A stretch of DNA of 39,870 nt from Squalus acanthias (GCA_030390025.1 JASTWF010000365.1:434001-473870), one strand, 5' to 3'. Counted from the first letter of the stretch, positions 10,101 through 25,100 are shown. A program made the numbers and translations. The notes: generated from the sequence alone by a model not told the origin.

Positions 10101-13100
10101 CCCCCTACTAGAGTCTCTCCTACTAGAGTCTCTCCCCCTACTAGAGTCTCCCCCTACTAGAGTCTCTCCCCTACTAGAGTCTCCCCTACTAGAGTCTCTC
10201 CCCTACTTAGAGTCTCCCCCTACTAGAGTCTCTCACCTACTAGAGTCTCTCCCCCTACTAGAGTCTTTCCTACCCTACTAGAGTCTCTCCCCTACTAGAG
10301 TCTCTCTCCCTACTAGAGTCTCTCCCCCTACTAGAGTCTCCCCCTACTAGAGTCTCTCCCTACTAGAGTCTCTCCCCCTACTTGAGTCTCTCCCTACTAG
10401 AGTCTCTCCCCTACTAGAGTCTCCCCCTACTAGAGTCTCCCCCTACTAGAGTCCTCCCCCCTAACTAGAGTCTCTCCCCTACTAGAGTCTCTCTCCTACT
10501 AGAGTCTCTCCCCTACTAGAGTCTCTCCTACTAGAGTCTCTCCCTACTAGAGTCTCTCTCCTACTGAGTCTCTCTCCCTACTAGAGTCTCTCCCCTACTA
10601 GAGTCTCTCCCCTACTAGAGTCTCCACCCTACTAGAGTCTCTCTCCTACTAGAGTCTATCCCCTACTAGAGTCTCTCCACCTACTAGAGTCTCCCCCCCT
10701 ACTAGAGTCTCTCCCCCTACTAGAGTCTCCCCCTACTAGAGTCTCCCCCCTACTAGAGTCTCCCCCCCTACTAGAGTCTCCCCCCTACTAGAGTCTCTCC
10801 TACTAGAGTCTCCCCCCTACTAGAGTCTCTCCCCTACTAGAGTCTCTCTCCTACTAGAGTCTCCCCCCTACTAGAGTCTCCCCTACTAGAGTCTCTCTCC
10901 ACTAGAGTCTCTCCCCTACTAGAGTCTCCCCCCTACTAGAGTCTCTCCCCTACTAGAGTCTCTCCCCTACTAGAGTCTCTCTCCTACTAGAGTCTCTCCC
11001 TACTAGAGTCTCTCTCCCCTACTAGAGTCTCTCCCCCTACTAGAGTCTCTCCCCTACTAGAGTCTCTCCCCCTACTAGAGTCTCTCCCCTACTAGAGTCT
11101 CTCCCCCTACTAGAGTCTCCCCCCTACTAGAGTCTCTCTCCTACTAGAGTCTCTCTCCCTACTAGAGTCTCTCCCCTACTAGAGTCTCCCCCCTACTAGA
11201 GTCTCTCCCCTACTAGAGTCTCCCCCCTACTAGAGTCTCTCTCCCCTACTAGAGTCTCCCCCCCTACCCCTACTAGAGTCTCTCCCCTACTAGAGTCTCT
11301 CCCCTACTAGAGTCTCTCTCCCTACTAGAGTCTCTCCCCTACTAGAGTCTCCCCCTACTAGAGTCTCTCCCCCTACTAGAGTCTCTCTCCTACTAGAGTC
11401 TCTCCCCTACTAGAGTCTCCCCCTACTAGAGTCTCTCTCCTACTAGAGTCTCTCCCCTACTAGAGTCTCTCCCCTACTAGAGTCTCTCCCCTACTAGAGT
11501 CTCTCTCCTACTAGAGTCTCCCCCCTACTAGAGTCTCCCCCCTACTAGAGTCTCTCCCCTACTAGAGTCTCTCCCTACTAGAGTCTCTCCCCTACTAGAG
11601 TCTCTCTCCTACTAGAGTCTCCCCCCTACTAGAGTCTCCCCCTACTAGAGTCTCTCTCCTACTAGAGTCTCTCCCCTTCTAGAGTCTCTCCCCCTACTAG
11701 AGTCTCTCCCTCTAGTGTCTCTCCCTACTAGAGTCTCTCTCCCTACTAGAGTCTCTCCCTACTAGAGTCCCCCCTACTAGAGCTCTCTCCTACTAGAGTG
11801 CTCCCCCCTACTAGAGTCTCTCTCCTACTAGAGTCTCCCCCCTACTAGAGTCTCCCACCTACTAGAGTCTCTCTCCTACTAGAGTCTCTCCCCTACTAGA
11901 GTCTCTCCCACTAGGTCTCTAGAGTCTCTCCCCTACTAGAGTCTCTCTCCTACTAGAGTCCTCTCCCCTACTAGAGTCTCTCCCCCTACTAGAGTCTCTC
12001 CCCTACTAGAGTCTCCTCTCCTACTAGAGTCTCCTCCCTACTAGAGTCTCTCTCTACTAGAGTCTCTCCCCTACTAGAGTCTCACCCCTACTAGAGTCTC
12101 TCCCCTACTAGAGTCTCTCTCCTACTAGAGTCTCTCCCCTACTAGAGTCTCCCCCCTACTAGAGTCTCCCCCCTACTAGAGTCTCCCCCTACTAGAGTCT
12201 CTCTCCCTACTAGAGTCTCTCTCCTACTAGAGTCTCCCCCTACTAGAGTCTCTCTCCTACTAGAGTCTCCCCCCTACTAGAGTCTCTCTCCTACTAGAGT
12301 CTCTCTCCTACTAGAGTCTCTCCCCTACTAGAGTCTCTCCCCTACTAGAGTCTCCCCCCTACTAGAGTCTCTCCCCTACTAGAGTCTCTCCCCCCTACTA
12401 GAGTCTCTCTCCTACTAGAGTCTCCTCCCTACTAGAGTCTCTCCCCCTACTAGAGTCTCTCTCCTACTAGAGTCTCTCTCCCTACTAGAGTCTCTCCCCT
12501 ACTAGAGTCTCTCCCCTACTAGAGTCTCTCCCTACTAGAGTCTCTCCCCTACTAGAGTCTCTCTCCTACTAGAGTCTCTCCCCTACTAGAGTCTCCCCCC
12601 TACTAGAGTCTCTTCGGTCTCCCCTACTAGAGTCTCTCCCCCTACTAGAGTCTCCCCCCTACTAGAGTCTCTCCCCTACTAGAGTCTCTCCCTACTAGAG
12701 TCTCTCCCCTACTAGAGTCTCCCCCCTACTAGAGTCTCCCCCTACTAGAGTCTCTCTCCTACTAGAGTCTCTCCCCTACTAGAGTCTCTCCCCCTACTAG
12801 AGTCTCCTCCTCCTACTAGAGTCTCTCCCTACTAGAGTCTCTCCCTACTAGAGTCTCTCTCCCTACTAGAGTCTCTCCCCTACTAGAGTCTCTCTCCTAC
12901 TAGAGTCTCTCCCCTACTAGAGTCTCTCTCCCCTACTAGAGTCTCCGCCCCTACTAGAGTCTCCCCCCTACTAGAGTCTCCCCCCTACTAGAGTCTCTCC
13001 CCTACTAGAGTCTCCCCCCTACTAGAGTCTCTCCCCTACTAGAGTCTCTCCCCTACTAGAGTCTCTCTCCTACTAGAGTCTCCCCCCTACTAGAGTCTCC

Positions 13101-16100
13101 CCCCTACTAGAGTCTCCCCCTACTAGAGTCTCTCCCCCTACTAGAGTCTCTCCCCTACTAGAGTCTCTCTCCTACTAGAGTCTCTCCCCTACTAGAGTCT
13201 CCCCCCTACTAGAGTCTCTCCCCCTTACTAGAGTCTCTCCCTACTAGGAGTCTCTCCCTACTAGAGTCTCTCCCCTACTAGAGTTCTCCCCCCTACTAGA
13301 GTCTCCCCTACTAGAGTCTCTCCCCTACTAGAGTCTCCCCCCTACTAGAGTCTCTCTCCCCTACTAGAGTCTCTCCCTACTAGAGTCTCTCCCCTACTAG
13401 AAGTCTCCCCTACTGAGTCCTCCCCCTACTAGAGTCTCTCTCCTACTAGAGTCTCTCTCCTACTAGAGTCTCCCCCCTACTAGAGTCTCTCCCCTACTAG
13501 AGTCTCTCTCCTACTAGAGCTCTCCCTACTAGAGTCTCTCTCCCTACTAGAGTCTCTCCTACTAGAGTCTCTCCCCTACTAGAGTCTCCCCCTACTAGAG
13601 TCTCTCCCCTACTAGAGTCTCTCCCCTACTAGAGTTTCCCCCTACTAGAGTCTCTCTCCTACTAGAGTCTCTCCCCTACAAGAGTCTCCCCCCTACTAGA
13701 GTCTCTCCCCTACTAGAGTCTCCCCCTACTAGAGTCTCCCCCTACTAGAGTCTCTCTCCTACTAGAGTCTCTCCCTACTAGAGTCTCCCCTACTAGAGTC
13801 CTCTCCCCTACTAGAGTCTCTCCCTACTAGAGTCTCCCCCCTACTAGAGTCACTCCCCTACTAGAGTCTCTCCCCTACTAGAGTCTCTCTCCTACTAGAG
13901 TCTCTCCCCTACTAGAGTCTCTCTCCTACTAAGAGTCTCTCCCCCTACTAGAGTCTCTCCCCCCTACTAGAGGCTCCCCCCTACTAGAGGTCTCTCCCTA
14001 CTAGAGTCTCCCCCCTACTAGAGTCTCACCCTACTAGAGTCTCTCCCTACTAGAGTCTCTCCCCCTACTAGAGTCTCTCCCCTACTAGAGTCTCCCCCTA
14101 CTAGAGTCTCCCCTACTAGAGTCTCCCCCCTACTAGAGTCTCTCTCCTACTAGAGTCTCCCCCCTACTAGAGTCCTCCCCCTACTAGAGTCTCCCCCTAC
14201 TAGAGTCTCTCCCCTACTAGAGTCTCTCCCCCCTACTAGAGTCTCTCTACTAGAGTCTCTCCCCTACTAGAGTCTCCCCCCTACTAGAGTCTCCCCCTAC
14301 TAGAGTCTCTCTCCTACTAGAGTCTCCCCCTACTAGAGTCTCCCCCCTACTAGAGTCTCTCCCCTACTAGAGTCTCTCCCCTACTAGAGTCTCTCCCCTA
14401 CTAGAGTCTCTCCCCCTACTAGAGTCTCTCCCCTACTAGAGTCTCTCCCCTACTAGAGTCTCTCCCCCTACTAGAGTCTCTCCCCTACTAGAGTCTCCCC
14501 CCTACTAGAGTCTCTCCCTACTAGAGTCTCCCCCCTACTAGAGTCTCTCCCCTACTAGAGTCTCCCCCCTACTAGAGTCTCCTCCCCTACTAGAGTCTCT
14601 CCCTACTAGAGTCTCCCCCTACTAGAGTCTCTCCCCTACTAGAGTCTCCCCCTACTAGAGTCTCTCCCCCTACTAGAGTCTCTCTCCTACTAGAGTCTCT
14701 CCCCTACTAGAGTCTCCCCCTACTAGAGTCTCTCCCCTACTAGAGTCTCTCCCTACTAGAGTCTCCACCCTACTAGAGTCTCTCTCCTACTAGAGTCTCC
14801 CCCCTACTAGAGTCTCCCCCCTACTAGAGTCTCTCCCCTACTAGAGTCTCTCCCTACTAGAGTCTCCCCCCTACTAGAGTCTCTCCCCTACTAGAGTCTC
14901 TCCCTACTAGAGTCTCTCTCCTACTAGAGTCTCTCCCCTACTAGAGTCTCTCTCCCTACTAGAGTCTCCCCCTACTAGAGTCTCTCTCCTACTAGAGTCT
15001 CTCTCCTACTAGAGTCTCTCCCTACTAGAGTCTCCTCTCCCTACTAGAGTCTCTCCCTACTAGAGTCTCACCCCTACTAGAGTCTCTCTCCTACTAGAGT
15101 CTCTCCCCCTACTAGAGTCTCTCCCCTACTAGAGTCTCTCTCCTACTAGAGTCCTCCCCCTACTAGAGTCTCTCCCCTACTAGAGTCTCTCCCCTACTAG
15201 AGTCTCTCCCTACTAGAGTCTCCCCCTACTAGAGTCTCTCCCCTACTAGAGTCTCCCCCCTACTAGAGTCTCTCCCCTACTAGAGTCTCTCCTCCCCTAC
15301 TAGAGTCTCTCCCTACTAGAGTCTCTCCCCTACTAGAGTCTCCCCCCTACTAGAGTCTCTCCCCTACTAGAGTCTCCCCCCTACTAGAGTCTCTCTCCTA
15401 CTAGAGTCTCTCCCCTACTAGAGTCTCTCCCCTACTAGAGTCTCCCCCCTACTAGAGTCTCTCCCCTACTAGAGTCTCTCTCCCTACTAGAGTCTCTCTC
15501 CTACTAGAGTCTCTCCCCTACTAGAGTCTCTCCCCTACTAGAGTCTCCCCCTACTAGAGTCTCTCCCCCTACTAGAGTCTCCCCCTACTAGAGTCTCTCC
15601 CTACTAGAGTCTCTCTCCTACTAGAGTCTCTCCCCTACTAGAGTCTCCCCCTACTAGAGTCTCCCCCCTACTAGAGTCTCCCCCCTACTAGAGTCTCCCT
15701 CCTACTAGAGTCTCCCCCTACTAGAGTCTCCCCCTACTAGAGTCTCCCCCCTACTAGAGTCTCTCTCCTACTAGAGTCTCTCTCCTACTAGAGTCTCTCC
15801 CCTACTAGAGTCTCTCTCCTACTAGAGTCTCTCCCCTACTAGAGTCTCTCCCCTACTAGAGTCTCTCTCCTACTAGAGTCTCTCCCCTACTAGAGTCTCT
15901 CCTACTAGAGTCTCTCCCCTACTAGAGTCTCTCTCCTACTAGAGTCTCTCTCCTACTAGAGTCTCTCCCCTACTAGAGTCTCTCTCCTACTAGAGTCTCC
16001 CCCTACTAGAGTCTCTCCCCTACTAGAGTCTCTCTCCTACTAGAGTCTCTCCCCTACTAGAGTCTCTCTCCTACTAGAGTCTCTCTCCTACTAGAGTCTC

Positions 16101-19100
16101 TCCCCTACTAGAGTCTCCCCCCTACTAGAGTCTCTCTCCTACTAGAGTCTCTCCCCTACTAGAGTCTCTCCCCTACTAGAGTCTCTCCCTACTAGAGTCT
16201 CTCTCCCCTACTAGAGTCTCTCCTCCTACTAGAGTCTCTCCCCTACTAAGTCTCTGTCTCCCTACTAGAGTCTCCTCCTACTAGAGTCTCTCTCCTACTA
16301 GAGTCTCCCCCCTACTAAGTCTCCCCCTACTAGAGTCTCCCCCCTACTAGAGTCTCTCTCCTACTAGAGTCTCCCCCTACTAGAGTCTCCCCCTACTAGA
16401 GTCTCTCCCCCTACTAGAGTCTTCCCCTACTAGAGTCTCTCCCCTACTAGAGTCTCTCCCCTACTAGAGTCTCTCCCTACTAGAGTCTCTCCCTACTAGA
16501 GTCTCTCCCCTACTAGAGTCTCTCCCTCTAGAGTCTCTCCCCTACTAGAGTCTCCCCCTACTAGAGTCTCTCCCCTACTAGAGTCTCTCTCCTACTAGAG
16601 TCTCCCCCCCTACTAGAGTCTCCCCCTACTAAGTCTCTCCCCCTACTAGAGTCTCTCTCCTACTAGAGTCTCTCACCTACTAGAGTCTCTCCCTCTACTA
16701 GAGTCTCTCCCCTACTAGAGTCTCTCTCCTACTAGAGTCTCTCCCTACTAGAGTCTCACCCCTACTAGAGTCTCTCCCTACTAGAGTCTCTCCCCTACTA
16801 GAGTCTCTCCCTACTAGAGTCTCCCCCCTACTAGAGTCTCTTCCCCTACTAGAGTCTCTCTCCCTACTAGAGTCTCTCTCCTACTAGAGTCTCTCCCCTA
16901 CTAGAGTCTCCCCCCTACTAGAGTCTCTCTCCTACTACTAGAGTCTCCCCCCTACTAGAGTCTCCCCCCTACTAGAGTCTCTCCCCTACTAGAGTCTAGC
17001 TCCCCCCTACTAGAGTCTCTCTCCTACTAGAGTCTCACCCCTACTAGAGTCTCTCCCCTACTAGAGTCTCCCCCCTACTAGAGTCCCCCCCTACTAGTAG
17101 TCTCCCCCCCCTCTAGAGTCTCTCCCCTACTAGAGTCTCTCACCTTCTAGAGTCTCTCCCCTACTAGAGTCTCTCCCTACTAGAGTCTCCCCCTACTAGA
17201 GTCTCCCCCCTACTAGAGTCTCCCCCTACTAGAGTCTCTCTCCTACTAGAGTCTCTCTCCTACTAGAGTCTCTCCCCTACTAGAGTCTCTCTCCTACTAG
17301 AGTCCTCCCCTACTAGAGTCTCACCCCTACTAGAGACTCTCCCTACTAGAGTTCTCTCCCCTACTAGAGTCTCTCCCCTACTAGAGTCTCCCCTACTAGA
17401 GTCTCCCCCTACTAGAGTCTCTCTCCTACTAGAGTCTCCCCCCTACTAGAGTCTCTCCCCTACTAGAGTCTCCCCCTACTAGAGTCTCTCTCCTACTAGA
17501 GTCTCTCCCCTACTAGAGTCTCTCTCCTACTAGAGTCTCCCCCTACTAGAGTCTCTCCCCTACTAGAGTCTCTCCCCTACTAGAGTCTCTCCCCTACTAG
17601 AGTCTCTCTCCTACTAGAGTCTCTCCCCTACTAGAGTCTCTCCCTCTCTCCTACTAGAGTCTCTCCCCTACTAGAGTCTCTCCCCTACTAGAGTCTCTCC
17701 CCTACTAGAGTCTCTCCCCTACTAGAGTCTCTCTCCTACTAGAGTCTCTCCCCCTACTAGAGTCTCTCCCCTACTAGAGTCTCTCTCCTACTAGAGTCTC
17801 TCTCCTACTAGAGTCTCTCCCCTACTAGAGTCTCTCCCCTACTAGAGTCTCCCCCCTACTAGAGTCTCTCCCCTACTAGAGTCTCTCTCCTACTAGAGTC
17901 TCCCCCCTACTAGAGTCTCTCCCCTACTAGAGTCTCTCCCCTACTAGAGTCTCTCCCCTACTAGAGTCTCCCCCCTACTAGAGTCTCTCCCCTACTAGAG
18001 TCTCCCCCTACTAGAGTCTCCCCCTACTAGAGTCTCCCCCCTACTAGAGTCTCTCCCCTACTAGAGTCTCTCCCTACTAGAGTCTCTCTCCCCTACTAGA
18101 GTCTCTCTCCTACTAGAGTCTCTCTCCTACTAGAGTCTCTCTCCCTACTAGAGTCTCTCCCCTACTAGAGTCTCTCCCCTACTAGAGTCTCTCCCCTACT
18201 AGAGTCCTCTCTCCTACTAGAGTCTCTCCCCTACTAGAGTCTCTCCCCTACTAGAGTCTCTCCCCTACTAGAGTCTCTCCCCTACTAGAGTCTCTCCCCT
18301 ACTAGAGTCTCTCTCCTACTAGAGTCTCTCCCTACTAGAGTCTCTCTCCTACTAGAGTCTCTCCCCTACTAGAGTCTAGAGTCTCCCCCTACTAGAGTCT
18401 CCTCTCCTACTAGAGTCTCTCTCCTACTAGAGTCTCTCTCTACTAGAGTCTCTCTCCTACTAGAGTCTCCCCCTACTAGAGTCTCCCCCCTACTAGAGTC
18501 TTCTCTCCCCTACTAGAGTCTCTCCCCTACTAGGTCTCCCCCCTACTAGAGTCTCTCTCCCTACTAGAGTCTCCCCCCTACTAGAGTCTCCCCCTACTAG
18601 ATGTCTCTCCCCCTACTAGAGTCTCTCCCCTACTAGAGTCTCCCCCCCTACTAGAGTCTCTCCCATACTAGAGTCTCACCCTACTAGAGTCTCTCCCCCT
18701 ACTAGAGTCTCCCCCTACTAGAGTCTCTCCCCCTACTAGAGTCTCCCCCTACTAGAGTCTCTCCCCTACTGAGTCTCTCCCTTACTAGAGTCTCTCTCCT
18801 ACTAGAGTCTCCCACCTACTAGAGTCTCTCCCTACTAGAGTCTCCCCCCTACTAGAGTCTCTCCCCTACTAGAGTCTCTCCCCTACTAGGTCTCCTCCCT
18901 ACTAGAGTCTCTCTCCTACTAGAGTCTCACCCTACTAGAGTCTCTCCCCCCTACTAGAGTCTCTCCCCTACTAGAGTCTCTCCCCTACTAGAGTCTCCCC
19001 TACTAGAGTCTCTCCCCTACTAGAGTCTCTCCCCTACTAGAGTCTCTCCTACTAGAGTCTCTCTCCCTACTAGAGTCTCCCCCCTACTAGAGTCTCCCCC

Positions 19101-22100
19101 TACTAGAGTCTCCCCTACTAGAGTCTCTCTCCTACTAGTGTCTCTCCCCCTACTAGACGTCTCTCCCCTACTAGAGTCTCTCCCCCTACTAGAGTCTCCC
19201 CTACTAGAGTCCTCTCATCCTCCCCCTACTAGATCTCCCCCTACTAGAGTCTCCCCCCCTACTAGAGTCTCCCTTCCCTACTAGAGTCTCTCCCCTACTA
19301 GAGTCTCCCCTACTAGAGTCTCTCCCCCTACTAGAGTCTCCCTCCTACTAGAGTCTCTCCCCTACTAGAGTCTCTCTCCTACTAGAGTCTCCCCCCTACT
19401 AGAGTCTCCCCCCTACTAGAGTCTCTCCTACTAGAGTCTCCCTCCTACTAGAGTCTCCCTCCTACTAGAGTCTCCCCCCTACTAGAGTCTCCCCCCTACT
19501 AGAGTCTCCCCCCTACTAGACGTCTCCTCCTACTAGAGTCTCCCTCCTACTAGAGTCTCTCCCCCTACTAGAGTCTCCCCCTACTAGAGTCTCCCCCATA
19601 CTAGAGTCTCCCCCTACTATTCTCCTCCTACTAGAGTCTCCCTCCTACTAGAGTCTCTCCCCCTACTAGAGTCTCCCCCCTACTAGAGTCTCTCCCCCTA
19701 CCTAGAGTCCTCCACCTACTAGAGTCTCTCCCCTACTAGAGTCTCACCCCTACTAGAGTCTCCTCTCCCCCTACTAGAGTCTCTCCCCCTACTAGAGTCT
19801 CTCTCCCTACTAGAGTCTCTCCCTACTAGAGTCTCCCCCCTACTAGAGCTCTCTCCTACTAGAGTCTCCCCCCCTACTAGAGTCTCCTTCCTACTAGAGT
19901 CTCCCCCTAACTAGAGTCTCTCTCCTAATAGAGTCTCTCCCCTACTAGAGTCTCTCCCCTACTAGAGTCTCTCCCCCTACTAGAGTCTCCCCCCTACTAG
20001 AGTCTCTCCCTACTAGAGTCTCTCCCCTACTAGAGTACTAGAGTCTCTCCCCTACTAGAGTCTCTCCTCCTACTAGAGTCTCTCCCCTACTAGAGTCTCT
20101 CCCCTACTAGAGTCCTCCCCTACTAGAGTCTCTCTCCTACTAGAGTCTCCCCCCTACTAGAGTCTCCCCCCTACTAGAGTCTCTCCCTACTAGAGTCTCT
20201 CCCCTACTAGAGTCTCTCCCCTACTAGAGTCTCCCCCCTACTAGAGTCTCGTCCCTACTAGAGTCTCTCCCCTACTAGAGTCTCTCAACTACTAGAGTCT
20301 CTCCCTACTGAGTCTCTCCCCTACTAGAGTCTCTCTCCTACTAGAGTCTCTCTCCTACTAGAGTCTCCCCCCTACTAGAGTCTCTCCCCCTACTAGAGTC
20401 TCCCCCCTACTAGAGTCTCTCCCTACTAGAGTCTCCCCCTACTAGGAGTCCTCCCCCCTACTCGAACGTCTCTCCCCTACTAGAGTCTCACCCTACTAGA
20501 AGTCTCTCTCCTACTAGAGTCTCCCCCTACTAGAGTCTCGCCCCCTACTAGAGTCTCTCACCTACTAGAGTCTCTCCCCTACTAGAGTCTCTCTCCTACT
20601 AGAGTCTCTCCCCTACTAGAGTCCTCTCACCTACTAGAGTCTCCCCCCTACTAGAGTCTCTCCCCTACTAGAGTCTCTCCTCCTACTAGAGTCTCTCCCC
20701 TACTAGAGTCTCCCCCCTACGAGAGTCTCTCCCCTACTAGAGTCTACCCCTACTAGAGGTCCTCCTCCTACTAGAGTCTCTCCCTACTAGAGTCTCCCCG
20801 ACGAGAGTCCTTCCTACTAGAGGTCTCTCCCTACTAGAGTCTCTCCCCCTACTAGAGTCTCTCCCCTACTAGAGTCTCTCCCCTACTAGAGTCTCTCCCC
20901 TACTAGAGTCTCTCTCCTACTAGAGTCTCTCTCCTACTAGAGTCTCTCTCCTACTAGAGTCTCTCCCCTACTAGAGTCTCTCTCCTACTAGAGTCTCTCT
21001 CCTACTAGAGTCTCTCTCCTACTAGAGTCTCTCCCCTACTAGAGTCTCTCCCCTACTAGAGTCTCTCTCCTACTAGAGTCTCTCCCCTACTAGAGTCTCT
21101 CCCCTACTAGAGTCTCTCTCCTACTAGAGTCTCTCTCCTACTAGAGTCTCCCCCCTACTAGAGTCTCTCTCCTACTAGAGTCTCTCTCCTACTAGAGTCT
21201 CCCCCCTACTAGAGTCTCTCTCCTACTAGAGTCTCTCTCCTACTAGAGTCTCTCCCCTACTAGAGTCTCTCCCCTACTAGAGTCTCTCTCCTACTAGAGT
21301 CTCCCCCCTACTAGAGTCTCCCCCCTACTAGAGTCTCCCCCCTACTAGAGTCTCTCCCCCTACTAGAGTCTCCCCCCTACTAGAGTCTCCCCCCTACTAG
21401 AGTCTCCTCCCCTACTAGAGTCTCTCCACCTACTAGAGTCTCCCCCCTACTAGAGTCTCCCCCTACTAGAGTCTCTCCCCTACTAGAGTCTCTCCCCTAC
21501 TAGAGTCTCCCCCCTACTAGAGTCTCTCCCCCTACTAGAGTCTCTCTCCTACTAGAGTCTCCCCCCTACTAGAGTCTCCCCTACTAGAGTCCTCCCCTAC
21601 TAGAGTCTCTCCCCCTACTAGAGTCTCTCCCCTACTAGAGTCTCCCCCCTACTAGAGTCTCTCCCCTACTAGAGTCTCCCCCCTACTAGAGTCTCTCCCC
21701 TACTAGAGTCTCATCCATACTAGAGCTCTCCTACTGAGTCTCCCCCTACTAGAGTCTCCCCCTACTAGAGTCTCCCCCTACTAGAGCTCTCCTCCTACTA
21801 GAGTCTCCCCTACTAGAGTCTCTCCCCTACTAGAGTCTCCCCTCTAACTAGAGTCTCTCCCCCTACTAGAGTCTCTCCCCTACTAGAGTCTCTCCCCTAC
21901 TAGAGTCTCTCTCCTACTAGAGTCTCCCCCCTACTAGAGTCTCCCCCTACTAGAGTCTCCCCCTACTAGAGTCTCTCCCCTACTAGAGTCTCCCCCCTAC
22001 TAGAGTCTCTCTCCCTACTAGAGTCTCTCCCCTACTAGAGTCTCTCCCCTACTAGAGTCTCTCCTACTAGAGTCTCTCCCCTACTAGAGTCTCCCTCCTA

Positions 22101-25100
22101 CTAGAGTCTCTCCCCTACTAGAGTCTCTCCCCTACTAGAGTCTCTCACCCTACTAGTGTCTCTCCCCTACTAGAGGCTCTCTACTACTAGAGTCTCTCCC
22201 CTAATAGAGTCTCTTCCCCTACTAGAGTCTCTCGCCCCTTCTAGAGTCTCTCTCAGCCCCTAGCTAGAGCTGATCTCTCCCCTACTGAGTCTCTCGCCCT
22301 CTAGGAGTCTCTCTCCTACTAGAGTCTCTCCCTACTAGAGTCTCTCTCCCTACTAGATGGTCTCTCTCTCCTACTAGAGTCTCTCTCCTACTAGAGTCTC
22401 TCTCCTACTAGAGTCTCTCTCCCTACATAGAGTCTCTCTTCCTACGAGATTCTCTCTCCTACTAGAGTCTCCCCCTACTAGAGGTCTCTCTCCTACTAGA
22501 GTCTCTCTCCTACCTAGAGTCTCTCCCCTACTAGAGTCTCCCCCCTAGCTTGGAGTCTCTCCTCTACTAGAGTCTCTCTCCTCTAGAGTCTCTCTCCTGA
22601 CTAGAGTCTTCCTCCTAGCTAGAGTCTCTCCCCTACTAGAGTCTCTCTCCTACTAGAGTCTCTCTCCTACTAGAGTCTCGCCTACTAGAGAGTCTCCCCC
22701 CCTACTAGAGTCTCTCCCTACTAGAGTCTCTCCCCTACTAGAGTCTCTCCCCTACTAGAGTCTCCCCCCTACTAGAGTCTCCCCCTACTAGAGTCTCTCC
22801 CCTACTAGAGTCTCTCCCCTACTAGAGTCTCTCTCCTACTAGAGTCTCTCTCCTACTAGAGTCTCTCCCCTACTAGAGTCTCTCCCCTACTAGAGTCTCT
22901 CCCCTACTAGAGTCTCTCCCCTACTAGAGTCTCTCCCCTACTAGAGTCTCCCCCCTACTAGAGTCTCTCCCCTACTAGAGTCTCTCCCCTACTAGAGTCT
23001 CTCCCCTACTAGAGTCTCTCTCCCTACTAGAGTCTCTCCCCTACTAGAGTCTCTCCCCTACTAGAGTCTCTCTCCTACTAGAGTCTCTCTCCTACTAGAG
23101 TCTCTCCCCTACTAGAGTCTCCCCCTACTAGAGTCTCCCCCCTACTAGAGTCTCTCTCCTACTAGAGTCTCCCCCCTACTAGAGTCTCCCCTACTAGAGT
23201 CTCTCTCCTACTAGAGTCTCTCCCCTACTAGAGTCTCTCCCCTACTAGAGTCTCTCCCCTACTAGAGTCTCTCTCCTACTAGAGTCTCTCCCCTACTAGA
23301 GTCTCCCCCCTACTAGAGTCTCTCTCCTACTAGAGTCTCTCCCCTACTAGAGTCTCTCTCCTACTAGAGTCTCTCTCCTACTAGAGTCTCTCTCCTACTA
23401 GAGTCTCTCTCCTACTAGAGTCTCCCCTACTAGAGTCTCTCCCCTACTAGAGTCTCTCCCCTACTAGAGTCTCTCTCCTACTAGAGTCTCTCTCCTACTA
23501 GAGTCTCTCCCCTACTAGAGTCTCTCTCCTACTAGAGTCTCTCTCCTACTAGAGTCTCCCCCCTACTAGAGTCTCTCCCTACTAGAGTCTCTCCCCTACT
23601 AGAGTCTCCCCCTACTAGAGTCTCCCCCCTACTAGAGTCTCCCCCCTACTAGAGTCTCCCCTACTAGAGTCTCTCTCCTACTAGAGTCTCTCTCCTACTA
23701 GAGTCTCTCCCCTACTAGAGTCTCTCTCCTACTAGAGTCTCTCTCCTACTAGAGTCTCTCCCCTACTAGAGTCTCCCCCCTACTAGAGTCTCTCCCCTAC
23801 TAGAGTCTCTCTCCTACTAGAGTCTCTCCCCTACTAGAGTCTCTCTCCTACTAGAGTCTCTCCCCTACTAGAGTCTCCCCCCTACTAGAGTCTCTCCCCT
23901 ACTAGAGTCTCTCCCCTACTAGAGTCTCTCTCCCCTACTAGAGTCTCTCTCCTACTAGAGTCTCTCCCCTACTAGAGTCTCCCCCCTACTAGAGTCTCTC
24001 TCCTACTAGAGTCTCCCCCCTACTAGAGTCTCTCTCCTACTAGAGTCTCTCCCCTACTAGAGTCTCTCCCCTACTAGAGTCTCTCCTACTAGAGTCTCCC
24101 CCTACTAGAGTCTCCCCCCTACTAGAGTCTCTCTCCTACTAGAGTCTCTCCCCTACTAGAGTCTCCCCCTACTAGAGTCTCTCCCCCTACTAGAGTCTCT
24201 CTCCTACTAGAGTCTCTCTCCCTACTAGAGTCTCCCCCTACTAGAGTCTCTCCCCTACTAGAGTCTCCCCCTACTAGAGTCTCTCCCCTACTAGAGTCTC
24301 TCCCCTACTAGAGTCTCTCTCCTACTAGAGTCTCTCCCCTACTAGAGTCTCCTCCCCTACTAGAGTCCTCCCCTACTAGAGTCTCTCCCTACTAGAGTCT
24401 CTCCCCTACTAGAGTCTCCCCCCTACTAGAGTCTCTCCCCTACTAGAGTCTCCCCCCTACTAGAGTCTCCCCCCTACTAGAGTCTCTCCCCTACTAGAGT
24501 CTCTCCCCTACTAGAGTCTCCCCCCTACTAGAGTCTCTCCCTACTAGAGTCTCCCCTACTAGAGTCTCCCCCCTACTAGAGTCTCCCCCCTACTAGAGTC
24601 TCTCTCCTACTAGAGTCTCCCCCCTACTAGAGTCTCTCTCCTACTAGAGTCTCCCCCCTACTAGAGTCTCCCCCCTACTAGAGTCTCTCCCCCTACTAGA
24701 GTCTCTCCCCTACTAGAGTCTCTCTCCTACTAGAGTCTCTCTCCTACTAGAGTCTCTCCCCTACTAGAGTCTCTCCCTACTAGAGTCTCTCTCCTACTAG
24801 AGTCTCTCCCCTACTAGAGTCTCTCCCCCCTACTAGAGTCTCTCCCCTACTAGAGTCTCCCCCCTACTAGAGTCTCTCTCCTACTAGAGTCTCTCTCCTA
24901 CTAGAGTCTCTCCCCTACTAGAGTCTCTCTCCTACTAGAGTCTCTCCTACTAGAGTCTCCCCCCTACTAGAGTCTCTCCTACTAGAGTCTCTCTCCTACT
25001 AGAGTCTCCCCCCTACTAGAGTCTCTCCCCTACTAGAGTCTCTCTCCTACTAGAGTCTCTCTCCTACTAGAGTCTCTCCTACTAGAGTCTCTCCCCTACT

